Both the position numbers and the translations under genes were made by a program. A model generated the notes under the pieces. The model saw nothing but the letters and a program-made list of their open reading frames with translations. It was not told the DNA's origin and searched no databases. From Eledone cirrhosa (lineage: Eukaryota), in assembly GCA_964016885.1 (NCBI GenBank), contig OZ024740.1:212598001-212662000 (forward strand): a DNA stretch of 64,000 nt, in the 5' to 3' direction. Shown here one piece after another: positions 12,885 to 25,700 of this stretch (position 1 is the stretch's first letter; every line of letters begins with the position of its first letter).

Positions 12885-13077
12885 GGGCGGTGGATTGGCA
12901 GTATCGGTAGAGGGTCGGACGCCATGCTTTCCAGCATAGTTACGTCCCTTTACGATCTGAGTTCAAATCCCGCCGAGGTTGACTTTGCCTTTCATCCTTA
13001 CGGGGTCGATAAAATAAAGTACCAGTAATGCACTGGATAATTGCTGGCCTTGTGCCTAAAGTAGAAACAATTATTAT
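12885..13077 (+). mobile_element. tRNA-derived SINE with Nin/Deu-like central domain, full length, 16-bp TSD
   Basis: A box TGGCAGTATCGGTAG, B box GAGTTCAAATCC, core CCTTTCATCCTTACGGGGTCGATAAA and a TTA tail. ATTATTATCTCTTACT is duplicated at 12866-12881 and 13070-13085. Confidence 0.92.
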
Positions 13078-13167
13078 CTCTTACTACTCTTCGTAAAAGT
13101 TGATCGCCGCGCCATCTTTCGAGTAAACAATGAAACTCTAAAGAACCATGGGTGATAACTCTATTTG

Positions 13168-13413
13168 AAAAATTGCGGCGCCGGCAGCGTTCGAACCCAT
13201 GTAACGTCATGATGCTAATGTTAGTAAGCCGAGTCGCTAACCACCCGTCTACATAAGTAACTGCTCGTAGCGCCCTCTTTCACTAAACAGTGAAACTAAA
13301 TAAAAAGACTAGGAGATAACTCGTGTGGCACTATAGAGAAGAGTAAGATTCGGACCATGTATCGGATAGCCCTAAGGTTAGTAAGCGGAGCTGCTACTAA
13401 CTGAGCTACGGCG
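13168..13413 (-). other. Two tandem degenerate tRNA-like (Pol III A/B box) modules, 13168-13256 and 13341-13413
   Basis: Minus strand reads GTAGACGGGTGGTTAGCG...GGGTTCGAAC...TTTTT and GTAGCTCAGTTAGTAG...GGTCCGAATC. Both share CTTACTAAC. No clean cloverleaf. Confidence 0.55.
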
Positions 13414-13679
13414 TTGAAAGGAAAATCGCGCTTAAAATAAGCTTTATAAAGACAAACCAAATTTTCTGTTTCTTCATTTTTGTTTTTTTCTTTTACCTAA
13501 GCAATTCACTCTTTTACTTATTTCTTATTAAATTACATTTAATTCCATTAAATATTTATTCTTGGTCATATTAAATTACTGTGTCTTTATTCATGTCATT
13601 GTTAAAACTTTTATTTCTACATCTTTCATTTATACCGACTGTTACACCGGTCGTATAATTACTTTTATAACACCGCTAT

Positions 13680-14160
13680 ATTACCTACATGAAAGGGGTA
13701 AATATTTATTTCTCTTCTCTTCTTAAATGTATAGAACATATTTCTTATATATATTCTTAACATAGCTAGGACCGTATATTATTTACTAGTCTCTACTCTT
13801 AGGACTTTGCTCGTCTCATGTCCCCTCCACCAACACACACTCGGTAGAGAGCTGGTCGTCGGAGCTAAAGTGGCCCTCATTACAGGTCTAGTATTGAAGC
13901 CTTGCTGGTGCCGACACAGTTCCTGTGGTCATTTTGTACCACAGGTGACATTTTATTGTGTTTAGGGACCGGCTAGTGCGGACACAGAGAGCACAATCAG
14001 GTGGTGAGCTGGCAACGACAAAGTGTAGAGGGCCAGATTTGAAATTCGAGCGAGGGAGTGAACTAGTAAAAGAGGCAGGGTAAGCAGCATTGGTTAGAAC
14101 GGAGGTTGGGTGGTGCTGGGGTGGGCTAACAGTTGTAGGAGTGGTGGGGATTGGTAGGAT
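13680..14160. repeat. ~480-bp tandem duplication unit; the second copy (14160-14269 + 15957-16330) is interrupted by the fold-back element
   Basis: ttacctacatgaaag...tactagtctc|tactc...gtggtgggg occurs twice. This copy holds the empty insertion site CTAGTCTC at 13786-13793. Confidence 0.9.
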
Positions 14161-14394
14161 TACCTACATGAAAGAGGTAAATATTTATTTCTCTTCTTAA
14201 ATGTATAGAACATGTTTCTTATATATATCTTCTTAACATAGCTAGGACCGTATATTATTTACTAGTCTCGGCGATATCCAATTTTAGCGGCCTAAATGCC
14301 GCTTACTTGCTGTAGTTGCTGCTTACTTCAATGTATGAGGCTATTCCAACAAATTTACATTCCCCTTTTTTTAGCCGTTAAAAGAAATATAGAT

Positions 14395-14860
14395 TTATTT
14401 ATTGTTGTTTTTTTTTGCAATTTATTTGCCACTGGGGCATAGATTTCTTTATTTGCCCCTTTTTTGTTTGTTTGTTTGTTTTTGCGATTTATTAGCCTTT
14501 TGGGGTCACACACACCCCCGTAGAAAGTGTGCGACCTTTCTGCCAGGGAGCACAGAGAGAGAGAGGGGGGTACTCCCTTCTTCTCTTACCTGTACAAGCC
14601 GATATAGAGAGATGGCCCACTCACACGGACCATTATTGCTACTTTCACCCATCTTTCATGGAATTGGCTGGGACTGAGTGCCTTTTTCTCCACCTTGATC
14701 CTTCTTTCGAAGTGGTATCGGAAGAAGAGGACCATTTGTTGGCCGGCGACATATCCCCACAGTTTCCTCGTTGCAAACGCATCTGGGACATTTCTTTTCC
14801 AAGGGGTTTCCGTCCCGGAATCCGTGTCTGTAGAGCCTTTCCCGAACGGGCAGGGCCCCT
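14395..14860 (-). mobile_element. L1/Tx1-clade LINE 3' fragment inside the left arm (mirror copy ~15390-15793 on +)
   Basis: Right-arm frames give ALPVRERLDRHG...KCPRCVCNEETV (zf-RVT-like); the left arm gives FFRYHFERRIKVEKKALSPSQFHERW. Both are followed by AATAAA and an A-rich tail. Confidence 0.7.
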
Positions 14861-14897
14861 CGGTATAATAGTAAGTATTAGTGGTTGTAATAAATAC

Positions 14898-15033
14898 CTT
14901 CACTGATTTCTTTCCTTATATTATCAACAGAAGTTGGTATGTCACCCAAAGTTCGCTTTGTATGTTCCCGAATAGCAGTGAATTTTGATAAAAGTGTTTC
15001 TAATTCCTTCTCCACAGTAAGACAAATATCCAT
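14898..15033 (-). pseudogene. RMND5: Captured RMND5-like first coding exon (left-arm copy)
   Basis: Translates MDICLTVEKELETLLSKFTAIREHTKRTLGDIPTSVDNIRKEISE then G|GTATTT donor. Resembles the recalled RMND5A N-terminus MDQCVTVERELEKVLHKF. Confidence 0.7.
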
Positions 15034-15195
15034 GTGTAGTTGAAGTATGAAAGAACAGTCATTTAAATTTACAGATAGACAGATGTGGTATTTGGCAGGG
15101 TTTGAGATATATAGAAAAATAATTATTTACAGAAAAAGAAAATAATAAAGAATTATTATAATTTTTTTAAAGATTTATATCTTTTTGGACTACAC

Positions 15196-15331
15196 ATGGA
15201 TATTTGTCTTACTGTGGAGAAGGAATTAGAAACAGTTTTATCAAAATTCACTGCTATTCGGGAACATACAAAGCGAACTTTGGGTGACATACCAACTTCT
15301 GTTGATAATCTAAGGAAAGAAATCAGTGAAG
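15196..15331 (+). pseudogene. RMND5: Captured RMND5-like first coding exon (right-arm copy)
   Basis: MDICLTVEKELETVLSKFTAIREHTKRTLGDIPTSVDNLRKEISE followed by GAAG|GTATTT phase-1 splice donor. No downstream RMND5 exons recognised in the window. Confidence 0.72.
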
Positions 15332-16329
15332 GTATTTATTACATTTTGATTGCATTTTTATTACAACCACTAATACTTACTATTATACCGAGGGGGGGCC
15401 CTGCCCGTTCGGGAAAGGCTCGACAGACACGGATTCCGGGACGGAAACCCCTTGGAAAAGAAATGTCCCAGATGCGTTTGCAACGAGGAAACTGTGGGGA
15501 TATGTCGCCGGCCAACAAATGGTCCTCTTCTTCCGATACCACTTCAAAAGAAGGATCAAGGTGGAGAAAAAGGCACTCAGTCCCAGCCAATTCCATGAAA
15601 GATGGGTGAAAGTAGCAATAATGGCCCGTGTAAGTGGGCCATCTCTCTATATCGGCTTGTACAGGTAAGAGAAGGGAGCATCCCCCTCTGTCTGTGCTCC
15701 CTGGCAGAAAGGTCGCACACTTTCTACGGAGGTGTGTGTGACCCCAAAAGGCTAATAAATCGCAAAAAAACAAACAAACAAACAAACAAAAAAGGGGCAA
15801 ATAAAGAAATCTATGCCCCAGTGGCAAATAAATCTATATTTCTTTTAACGGCTAAAAAAAGGGGAATGTAAATTTGTTGGAATAGCCTCATACATTGAAG
15901 TAAGCAGCAACTACAGCAAGTAAGCGGCATTTAGGCCGCTAAAATTGGACATCGCCCTAGTCTCTACTCCTAGGACTTTGCTGGTCTCATGTCCCCTCCA
16001 CCAACACACACTCGGTAGAGAGCTGGTCGTCGGAGCTAAAGTGGCCCTCATTACAGGTCTAGTATTGAAGCCTTGCTGGTGCCGACACAGTTCCTGTGGT
16101 AGTTTTGTACCACAGGTGACATTTTATTGTGTTTAGGAACCGGCTAGTGCGGACACAGAGAGCACAATCAGGTGGTGAGCTGGCAACGACAAAGTGTAGA
16201 GGGCCAGCTTTGAAATTCGAGCGAGGGAGTGAACTAGTAAAAGAGGCAGGGTAAGCAGCATTGGTTAGAACGGAGGTTGGGTGGTGCTGGGGGTGGGCTA
16301 ACAGTTGTGGGAGTGGTGGGGTTGGAGGA

Positions 16330-18670
16330 TTAATTTTTACATCTGTCTGAACTCTTGAAAAAGCAACATACAATTGTCCAGGGTTAAATACTTGCTCAGG
16401 AAGGAACAGACCCACTTTATCATGTATTTGACCATGGTTCTTGTTGATTGTCATGGCATATGACAGTCTTAATGGAAACTGGGGTCTTTCCAAAGTAAAA
16501 GGGATGTTGGCACCACTGGGGGCTAACTTCAGTCTTGGGATCAAAACACACCTGCCCATCAAAGGACCATAGATATGAGAAGCTTTGATAAAATGTTTAT
16601 GCAGTTCCACTACTTCTAATCTTGTGCCATTACATAATCTGTTCTGGATTGAAATATTCCATAGAAGCATTATTATTGATCCTGCTTTTAATTGGAGTTT
16701 GTGAGGCGGCATCCCAGAAGGTGTAAGCAAGTTCAGAAGTTCATTTAGCTTGAACCAGGCAGCAAGGGTCCCTGCATTTCTACCGCAACCTGAGCATTGC
16801 CTCTTTGAAAGTAAACTCTGTTTGTTCTCTAGGTGTGTGGCTAGTCTGTATACTGTATGTAATGTACCATGAAGCTTAAATTCCGAGAGACATGACACTG
16901 CTTCTGGCTGAGACACATACCTGCAACAAAGATAGGTTCTTATTTCATCATGGTTGTGTTGGTTCTGAGCCTCATTAGGTAATGCATTATTCGTTACTTC
17001 TATAGATGTACAATCATGCCCCATGTAACATATTTAAAGAGGTACTTGACACTTTTTACAGAAGGGCAAACTTCAACATTAATATGTGCACAATATTTCT
17101 TAAGCAAAAAGGCATTAAATGGCACAACATTCCTGTTATCTACTGAATGTCATCCAATTTACACTGCAGTTCCTGTCTTGCACCTCCTGTACTCTGGGTA
17201 TCCATTTAGGTTCAATAATGTTTCCCTTCTGTAGGTTTTTGGATAGTTCTTTTGGAAAAATCCATTTTGTATAAATGGGGGAAAAGGGTTTCCAGAACCA
17301 CATGGCCCGTGGATCATAAACTTTTAAACCTGCTCATGTAGTACTGGATCATCTTCCAATGCAGGTATTTCTGCTGACACGATTCTGTCAATGTCTTCTC
17401 TGTTTCTTATCTTGTCTTCATTTCTTAAGGCTCAGTGTTATCATCTGTTTAGATAATTCATTAAACCATTATACTCATCCACTCACAATTGGGCTTGATT
17501 GTTCCTCAAATATTGAAGCCTGCATCCCTCTACTTTCATATAGGCTTCCACTAAATACTGCTAAAATAATTTACCTGCCCTATATATCGCACTAAATCCT
17601 CCTCTATATGTTATACAGTATATGTAATACTCCTGCATTGTCAGTCTATTGCAAACACAGGTCCTGCATTCCTCTCCATGTCACTATGCCACCAAAATTC
17701 ACCATTATGGGTCGGTCATGAGGTCCAAGTGGCATGAATTATGTGGTATTTTCTGAGGAGGATGGTCTTTAGGAAAGATGATAATATCTCTTTGTACAGG
17801 TGGTGTGCCCTCAATCCCCCACAAAACAACAGCTATCATTACTAGTTGGTAAATTATAGCAGCTCATATCTGATCCTCTTCTAAATCTTAATTCACAGTT
17901 CTTGCACTTTGCTGTTTGATGCCATGCATTGTATTGTACACTTCGACATATGGATTACATTCATGCAACACCTCTCTTATCATAGCCATTTTTTGTGGTG
18001 AGCAGTCATTATTTGTTGGCAGTATCGGTAGAGCGTCAGACACCACGCTTTGCAGCATAGGGTTATGGCCCTTTACGTTCTGGGTTCAAATCCCTCCAAG
18101 GTTGACTTTGTTTTCATCCTTATGAGGTCGATAGAATAAAGGACCAGTAATTGCTGGCCTTGTGCCAGAAACAATTATTTGGTTGTACTTCCAATCTGTG
18201 CTACACACCTTCATTCCCATCAATAATATATAACTGGCCATATTGTGGTGTATTTTCTGCAGGTTACAGCGGTGGGGTGTAGTGATATGTTTGACCCTGA
18301 ATATGAAAGCTATACGGGCCTCTGCCGGGTGGTAAGGCAAGTTTAACACCAAATGAAGTGAAATAAATGTAGTTTTAATTGCAGATGTTTCTGTGAAATC
18401 AACTGCTGCCTGGCCTCTTTCAAAGAGATTTCTCAGTCTCTCAGGGTATATTTGCAATGGAGGCAACACAACCTTTCCTTTATTACAACAGTTACAATTT
18501 TCATTTCTAAATTTCAAAGCTCCACAGTGATCACACGAAACATTCATATCACTAATATGAAATTCTTCTACATTTCCATTAATATTAATTGTTGGCCAAT
18601 TTCTCTTACGACGCTCATTATCCATTCTTCTCTGTCTGAATGTTTTCCATTCTAAGTTTATTTGCATGGA
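16330..18670 (-). mobile_element. Helitron RepHel pseudogene (internally deleted, frameshifted)
   Basis: PIF1 helicase motifs TPSGMPPHKLQLK, LCNGTRL, QFPLRLSYAMTINK and GQLYVAFSRV. Rep motif KYCAHINVEVCPSVKSVKYLFKYV near 17030-17100. N-terminal CDHCGA...CCNKGKVVLPPL. Confidence 0.9.
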
Positions 18671-19728
18671 ATAATTATATTCTGTTGTTTATTATGTAAT
18701 TAAATAGCTCTGTACAATACATAGAGCATTCATCTTTTCTTTACCTTTTCTATGGAAATACAAGAACAAACATATATATATATATATGTGTGTATATACA
18801 TAAACAAGACTGTTATTACTCCAACCAGTCTATTTACCTTTGATAACTATCCTAAATATAAATACACCTATACCATACATACATATATCATATATGTTTT
18901 TGATGCCGTGGTATAGCAGATATAAGCAAGAAGAGAAAAGAAAATGAAAAGGAGAAAAAAAAGGAAGTAAGAAGTCGGGGGAGGGACAGACACTTCGCCC
19001 CAGTCTAAGTGGTCCCTCAGCCGCAACCCATGGAAGAAACGTAAAAGCGTTACCTCGGAACAAGGCCAGAGACACCTGCTACAATAGTAGCCCCTCCTCA
19101 CGAGGTTCCTGCCGTCTTTCCTCCCGACTTTATGGAGGAAATCAGCAGTACGGGGACCAAGTATGGCAGAGGTCTCAATGGAGTGGAAGAGGTGAGTCAG
19201 GCCTTGGTACTATCTTACTCTCCTCTGCGTTGCAGGGTGTGGAGCCTAGGTTTGTGACTGTAGCTATATTTGAACTTTTATATGAAATTTCAGTTTTATA
19301 TTTTTCACATCTTAAAACTTAATCTTAGTCTTTTGCAGCTCATCTAGTTTCATCTCACAGCACACGATTTGGGAACCACTGCTCTAGAGATAGAAAAAGT
19401 ATATTTTATGCAAGGCTTCCTTGAGACATAAAAACTATTTCAAGAGATCAACATGGGTAGAAAGGTTGAGAAATGCTGCTCAATGTTCTTTGGTTTTTGT
19501 TCACCTTTAAATAATCATGTATAAAATATCGGGTGTGCAAGATTTCATGAAAAGGTATGACATTATTTATGCTGATCTTGCAGGGACTAGCTCCAATTGA
19601 GAGTTGTACCAATTCCCACTAAACTCGAAACTCCTGGACAATATATACATATCTTTATAAGTTCCTGTGTATTGTGTCGGTGTATAATGAAACATAAATA
19701 TATACCATGCATGTCAGTCAGATTTGAA
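17917..19728. repeat. Segmental duplication copy 1 (copy 2 = 29837-31662)
   Basis: Near-identical ~1.8 kb from tgatgccatgcattgtattg to gtcagatttgaa. Each copy runs into the 46-bp array. Confidence 0.95.
18016..18180 (+). mobile_element. SINE inserted in Helitron (paralogous copy 29945-30118)
   Basis: Same A/B boxes and core as the 12885 SINE. This copy lacks the 5' ~19 nt present in the duplicate. Confidence 0.85.
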
Positions 19729-22700
19729 CAGAATTATTAGCCACAGGGGCAGAGATGTCCATAACATTACATGACAGAATTATTAGCCACAGGGGCAGAG
19801 ATGTCCATAACATTACATGACAGATTTATTAGCCATAGGGGCAGAGATGACCATAACATTACATGACAGAATTATTAGCCACAGGGGCAGAGATGTCCAT
19901 AACATTACATGACAGAATTATTAGCCACAGGGGCAGTGATGTCCATAACATTACATGACAGATTTATTAGCCACAGGGGTAGAGATGTCCATAACATTAC
20001 ATGACGGATTTATTAGCCACAGGGGCAGAGATGTCCATAACATTACATGACAGATTTATTAGCCACAGGGGCAGAGATGTCCATAACATTACATGACAGA
20101 TTTATTAGCCACCGGGGCAGATATGTCCATAACATTACATGACAGAGTTTCATCTCGCGCTCTCTCTCGTTTCATCTCGCACTCTCTCTCTTCCTCTCTC
20201 TCGTTTCATCTCGCTCTCTCTCTCCCTCTATCTCTCTCTCGCTCTCTCGTTTCATCTCTCTCTCCCTCTCGTTTCATCTCGCTCACTCTCTCCTGTTTCA
20301 TCTCGCTCTCTCTCCTGTTTCATCTCGCTCTCAACTCTCGTTTCCTCTCTCTCGTTTCCTCTCTCTCGTTTTCTCTCTCTCTCGTTTCCTCTCTCTCTCG
20401 TTTCATCTCTCTCTTGTTTCATCTCTCTATGTCTCATTTCATCTCGCTCTCTCTCTCTCTCATTTCATCTCGCTCTCACTCTCTCGTTTCATCTCGCTCT
20501 CTCTGTCTCGTTCCATCTCGCTCTCACTCTCTCGTTTCATCTCGCTCTCTCTCTCTCTCGTTTCATCTCGCTCTCTCTCTCTATCATTTCATCTCGCTCT
20601 CTCTCTCTCTCGTTTCATCTCGCTCTCTCTCTCTCTCATTTCATCTCGCTCTCTCTGTCTCGTTTCATCCCGCTCGCTCTGTCTCGTTTCATCTCGCTCT
20701 GTCTCTCCCATTTCATCTTGCTCTCTCTCTCTCTCATTTCATCTCGCTCTCACTCTCTCGTTTCATCTCGCTCTCACTCTCGCGTTTCATCTCGCTCTCA
20801 CTCTCTCGTTTCATCTCGCTCTCCCTGTCTCGTTTCATCTTGCTCTCACTCTCATTTCATCTCGCTCTCTCTCTCTCTTCCTCACTCTCTCTTGTTTCAA
20901 CACTCTAATCCCTCACTTGTTTCATCTCTCTCTAATCACTCACTTGTTTCATCTCTCTCTAATCACTCACTTGTTTCATCTCTCTCAGAATTATTAGCCA
21001 CAGGGGCAGAGATGTCCATAACATTACATGTCATAATTATTAGCCACAGGGGCAGAGATGTCCATAACATTACATGGCAGATTTATTAGCCACAGGGGCA
21101 GAGATGTCCATAACATTACATGACAGATTTATTAGCCACAGAGGCAGAGATGTCCATAACATTACATGACAATTATTAGCCCCAGGGACAGATATGTCCA
21201 TAACATTACATGACAGAGTTTCATCTCGCGCTCTCTCTCTCTCGTTTCATCTTGCTCTCTCTCTCTCTCGTTTCATCTCTGTCTTCCTCTCTCTTGTTTC
21301 ATCTCTGTCTTCCTCTCTCTCGTTCCATCTCTCTCTTCCTCTCTCTCGTTCCATCTCTCTCTTCCTCTCTCTCGTTCCATCTCTCTCTTCCTCTCTCGTT
21401 TCATCTATATCTCTCTCTCTCGTTTCATCTCTATCTCCATCGTTTCATCTGTCTATCTCTCTGTCGTTTCATCTCCCTCTATCTATCTCTTGCTCTCTCA
21501 TTTTATCTCTCTCTCCCTCTCGTTTCATCTCGCTCTCTCTCTCCTTTTTCATCTCGCTCTCTCTCTCCTGTTTCATCTCGCTCTCTACTCTCGTTTCCTC
21601 TCTCTCGTTTCCTCTCTCTCGTTTCCTCGCTCTCGTTTCCTCTCTCTCTCGTTACCTCTCTCTCTCGTTACCTCTCTCGTTTCATCTCTATCTCCCTCGT
21701 TTCATCTGTCTCTCTCTCTCTGTCGTTTCATCTCCCTCTATCTCTCTCTCGCTCTCTCATTTTATCTCTCTCTCCCTCTCGTTTCATCTCGCTCTCTCTC
21801 TCCTGTTTCATCTCGCTCTCTCTCTCCTGTTTCATCTCGCTCTCTACTTTCGTTTCCTCTCTCTCGTTTGCTCTCTCTCTCGTTTCCTCTCTCTCTCGTT
21901 TCCTCTCTCTCTCGTTTCATCTCTCTCTCGTTTCATCTCTCTATGTCTCATTTCATCTCGCTCTCTCTCTCTCTCTCATTTCATCTCGCTCTCACTCTCT
22001 CGTTTCATCTCGCTCTCTCTGTCTCGTTCCATCTCGCTCTCACTCTCTCGTTTCATCTCGCTCTCTCTCTCTCGTTTCATCTCGCTCTCTCTCTCTCGTT
22101 TCATCTCGCTCTCTCTCTCTCGTTTCATCTCGCACTCTCTCTCTCTCATTTCATCTCGTTCTCTCTGTCTCGTTTCATCCCGCTCTCTCTGTCTCGTTTC
22201 ATCTCGCTCTCTCTCTCTCATTTCAACTCGCTCTCTCTCTCTCGTTTCATCTCGCTCTCACTCTCTCGTTTCATCTCGCTCTCACTCTCTCGTTTCATCT
22301 CGCTCTCACTCTCGCGTTTCATCTCGCTCTCACTCTCTCGTTTCATCTCGCTCTTCCTGTCTCGTTTCATCTCGCTCTCACTCTCTTATTTCATCTCGCT
22401 CTCTCTCTCTCTTCCTCTCTCTCTTGTTTCAACACTCTAATCCCTCACTTGTTTCATTTCTCTCTAATCCCTCACTTGTTTCATCTCTCTCAGAATTATT
22501 AGCCACAGGGGCAGAGATGTCCATAACATTACATGTCAGAATTATTAGCCACAGGGGCAGAGACGTCCATAACATTACATGTCAGAATTATTAGCCACAG
22601 GGGCAGAGATGTCCATAACATTACATGTCAGAATTATTAGCCACAGGGGCAGAGATGTCCATAACATTACATGACAGATTTATTAGCCACAGTGGCAGAG

Positions 22701-25700
22701 ATGTCCATAACATTACATGTCAGAATTATTAGCCACAGGGGCAGAGATGTCCATAACATTACATGACAGAATTATTAGCCACAGGGGCAGAGATGTCCAT
22801 AACATTACAAGACAGAGTTTCATCTCGCGCTCTCTCTCTCTCGTTTCATCTCGCTCTCTCGTTTCATCTCGCTCTCGCTCTCTCTCTCGTTTCATCTCTG
22901 TCTTCCTCTCTCTTGTTTCATCTCTGTCCTCCTCTCTCTCGTTCCATCTCTCTCTTCCTCTCTCTTGTTCCATCTCTCTCTTCCTCTCTCTCGTTTCATC
23001 TCTATCTCTCTCTCTCGTTTCATCTCGCTCTCTCGTTTCATCTCGCTCTCTCTCTTTCTCGTTTCATCTCTATCTTCCTCTCTCTCGTTTCATCTCTGTC
23101 TTCCTCTCTCTCGTTCCATCTCTCTCTTCCTCTCTCTCATTCCATCTCTCTCTTCCTCTCTCTCGTTTCATCTCTCTCGTTTCATCTCTATCTCTCTCTT
23201 TCGTTTCATCTCTATCTCCCTCGTTTCATCTGTCTCTCTCTCTGTCGTTTCATCTCCCTCTATCTCTCTCTCGCTCTCTCATTTTATCTCTCTCTCCCTC
23301 TCGTTTCATCTCGCTCTCTCTCTCCTTTTTCATCTCGCTCTCTCTCTCCTGTTTCATCTCGCTCTCTACTCTCGTTTCCTCTCTCTCGTTTCCTCTCTCT
23401 CTCGTTTCCTCTCTCTCTCGTTTCATCTCTCTCTCGTTTCATCTCTCTCTCGTTTCATCTCTCTATGTCTCATTTCATCTCGCTCTCTCTCTCTCATTTC
23501 ATCTCACTCTCACTCTCTCGTTTCATCTCGCTCTCTCTGTCTCGTTCCATCTCGCTCTCACTCTCTCGTTTCATCCCGCTCTCTCTGTCTCGTTTCATCT
23601 CGCTCTCTCTCTCTCATTTCATCTCGCTCCCTCTCTCTCATTTCATCTCGCTCCCTCTCTCTCATTTCATCTCGCTCTCTCTGTCTCGTTTCATCTCGCT
23701 CTCTCTCTCTCATTTCATCTCGCTCTCTCTCTCTCGTTTCATCTCGCTCTCACTCTCTCGTTTCATCTCGCTCACACTCTCGCGTTTCATCTCGCTCTCA
23801 CTCTCTCGTTTCATCTCGCTCTTCCTGTCTCGTTTCATCTCGCTCTCACTCTCTCATTTCATCTCGCTCTCTCTCTCTCTCTCTCTCTCTTCCTCTCTCT
23901 CTCTCGTTTCAACACTCTAATCCCTCACTTGTTTCATTTCTCTCTAATCCCTCACTTGTTTCATCTCTCTCAGAATTATTATCCACAGGGGCAGAGATGT
24001 CCATAACATTACATGGCAGAATTATTAGCCACAGGGGCAGAGATGTCCATAACATTACATGACAGATTTATTAGCCACAGGGGCAGAGATGTCCATAACA
24101 TTACATGACAGATTTATTAGCCACAGGGGCAGAGATGTCCCTAACATTACATGACAGATTTATTAGCCCCATGGGCAGATATGTCCATAACATTACATGA
24201 CAGAGTTTCATCTCGCAATCTCTCTCTCTCGTTTCATCTCGCTCTCGCTTTCTCTCTTGTTTCATCTCTATCTTCCTCTCTCTCGTTTCATCTCTGTCTT
24301 CCTCTCTCTCGTTCCATCTCTCTCTTCCTCTCTCTCGTTCCATCTCTCTCTTCCTCTCTCTCATTCCATCTCTCTCTTCCTCTCTCTCGTTTCATCTCTC
24401 TCGTTTCATCGCTATCTCTCTCTCTCGTTTCATCTCGCTCTCTCTCTCCTTTTTCATCTCGCTCTTTCTCTCCTGTTTCATCTCGCTCTCTACTCTCGTT
24501 TCCTCTCTCTCGTTTCCTCTCTCTCGTTTCCTCTCTCTCTCGTTTCCTCTCTCTCTCGTTTCATCTCTCTCTCGTTTCATCTCTCTCTCGTTTCATCTCT
24601 CTATGTCTCATTTCATCTCGCTCTCTCTCTCATTTCATCTCGCTCTCTCTCATTTCATCTCGCTCTCACTCTCTCGTTTCATCTCGCTCTCTCTCTCTCG
24701 TTTCATCTCGCGCGCTCTCTCGTTTCATCTCTCTCTCTCGTTTCATCTCGCTCTCTCTCTCTCTCGTGTCATCTCGCTCTCTCTCTCATTTCATCTCTGT
24801 CTTCCTCTCTCTCGTTTCATCTCTCTCTTCCTCTCTCTCGTTCTATCTCTCTCCTCCTCTCTCGTTTCATCTCTCTTTCTCGTTTCATCTCTATCTCCCT
24901 CGTTTCATCTGTCTCTCTCTCTGTCGTTTCATCTTCCTCTATCTCTCGCTCTCTCGTTTCACCTCTCTCTCCCTCTTGTTTCATCTCGCTCTCTCTCTCC
25001 TGTTTCATCTCGCGCTCTCTCTCCTGTTTCATCTCGCTCTCTACTCTCGTTTCCTCTCTCTCGTTTCCTTTCTCTCTTATTTCCTCTCTCTCTCGTTTCA
25101 TCTCTCTATGTCTCATTTCATCTCGCTCTCTCTCTCTCTCATTTCATCTCGCTCTCTCTCTCATTTCATCTCGCTCTCTCGTTTCATCTCGCTCTCTCTG
25201 TCTCGTTCCATCTCGCTCTCACTCTCTCGTTTCATCTCGCTCTCTCTCGTTTCATCTCGCTCTCTCTCTCTCGTTTCATCTCGCTCTCTCTGTCTCGTTT
25301 CATCTCGCTCTATCTCTCTCATTTCATCTCGCTCTCTCTCTGTCGTTTCATCCCGCTATCTCTGTCTCGTTTGATCTCGCTCTCACTCTCTCGTTTCATC
25401 TCGCGTTTCATCTCACTCTCACTCTCTCGTTTCATCTCGCTCTCCCTGTCTCGTTTCATCTCGCTCTCACTCTCTCATTTCATCTCGCTCTCTCTCTCTC
25501 TTCCTCTCTCTCTCTTGTTTCAACACTCTAATCCCTCACTTGTTTCATCTCTCTCTAATCCCTCACTTGTTTCATCTCTCTCAGATTTATTAGCCACGGG
25601 GGCAGAGGTGACCATAACATTACATGACAGAATTATTAGCCACAGGGGCAGAGATGTCCATAACATTACATGACAATTATTAGCCCCAGGGGCAGATATG

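Larger units (their letters stand above)
14270..15956. mobile_element. Non-autonomous fold-back DNA transposon with ~770-bp inverted arms and Merlin-like termini
   Basis: Arms 14270-15040 and 15189-15956 are reverse complements. Termini GGCGAT...ATCGCC fit the GGNRM Merlin/IS1016 pattern. 8-bp TSD CTAGTCTC at 14262-14269 and 15957-15964. No transposase. Confidence 0.88.

Noticed and set aside
12885-12975. SINE heads as tRNA genes
   Set aside because: A/B boxes are present, but there is no cloverleaf and each head is followed by the SINE core and tail.
15196-15609. 137-aa ORF as a real gene
   Set aside because: It is a chimeric read-through of the captured exon past its splice donor into out-of-frame LINE sequence.
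16059-17024. Host PIF1 helicase gene
   Set aside because: It is fused to Helitron Rep remnants, lacks N-terminal helicase motifs and has degenerate conserved residues.
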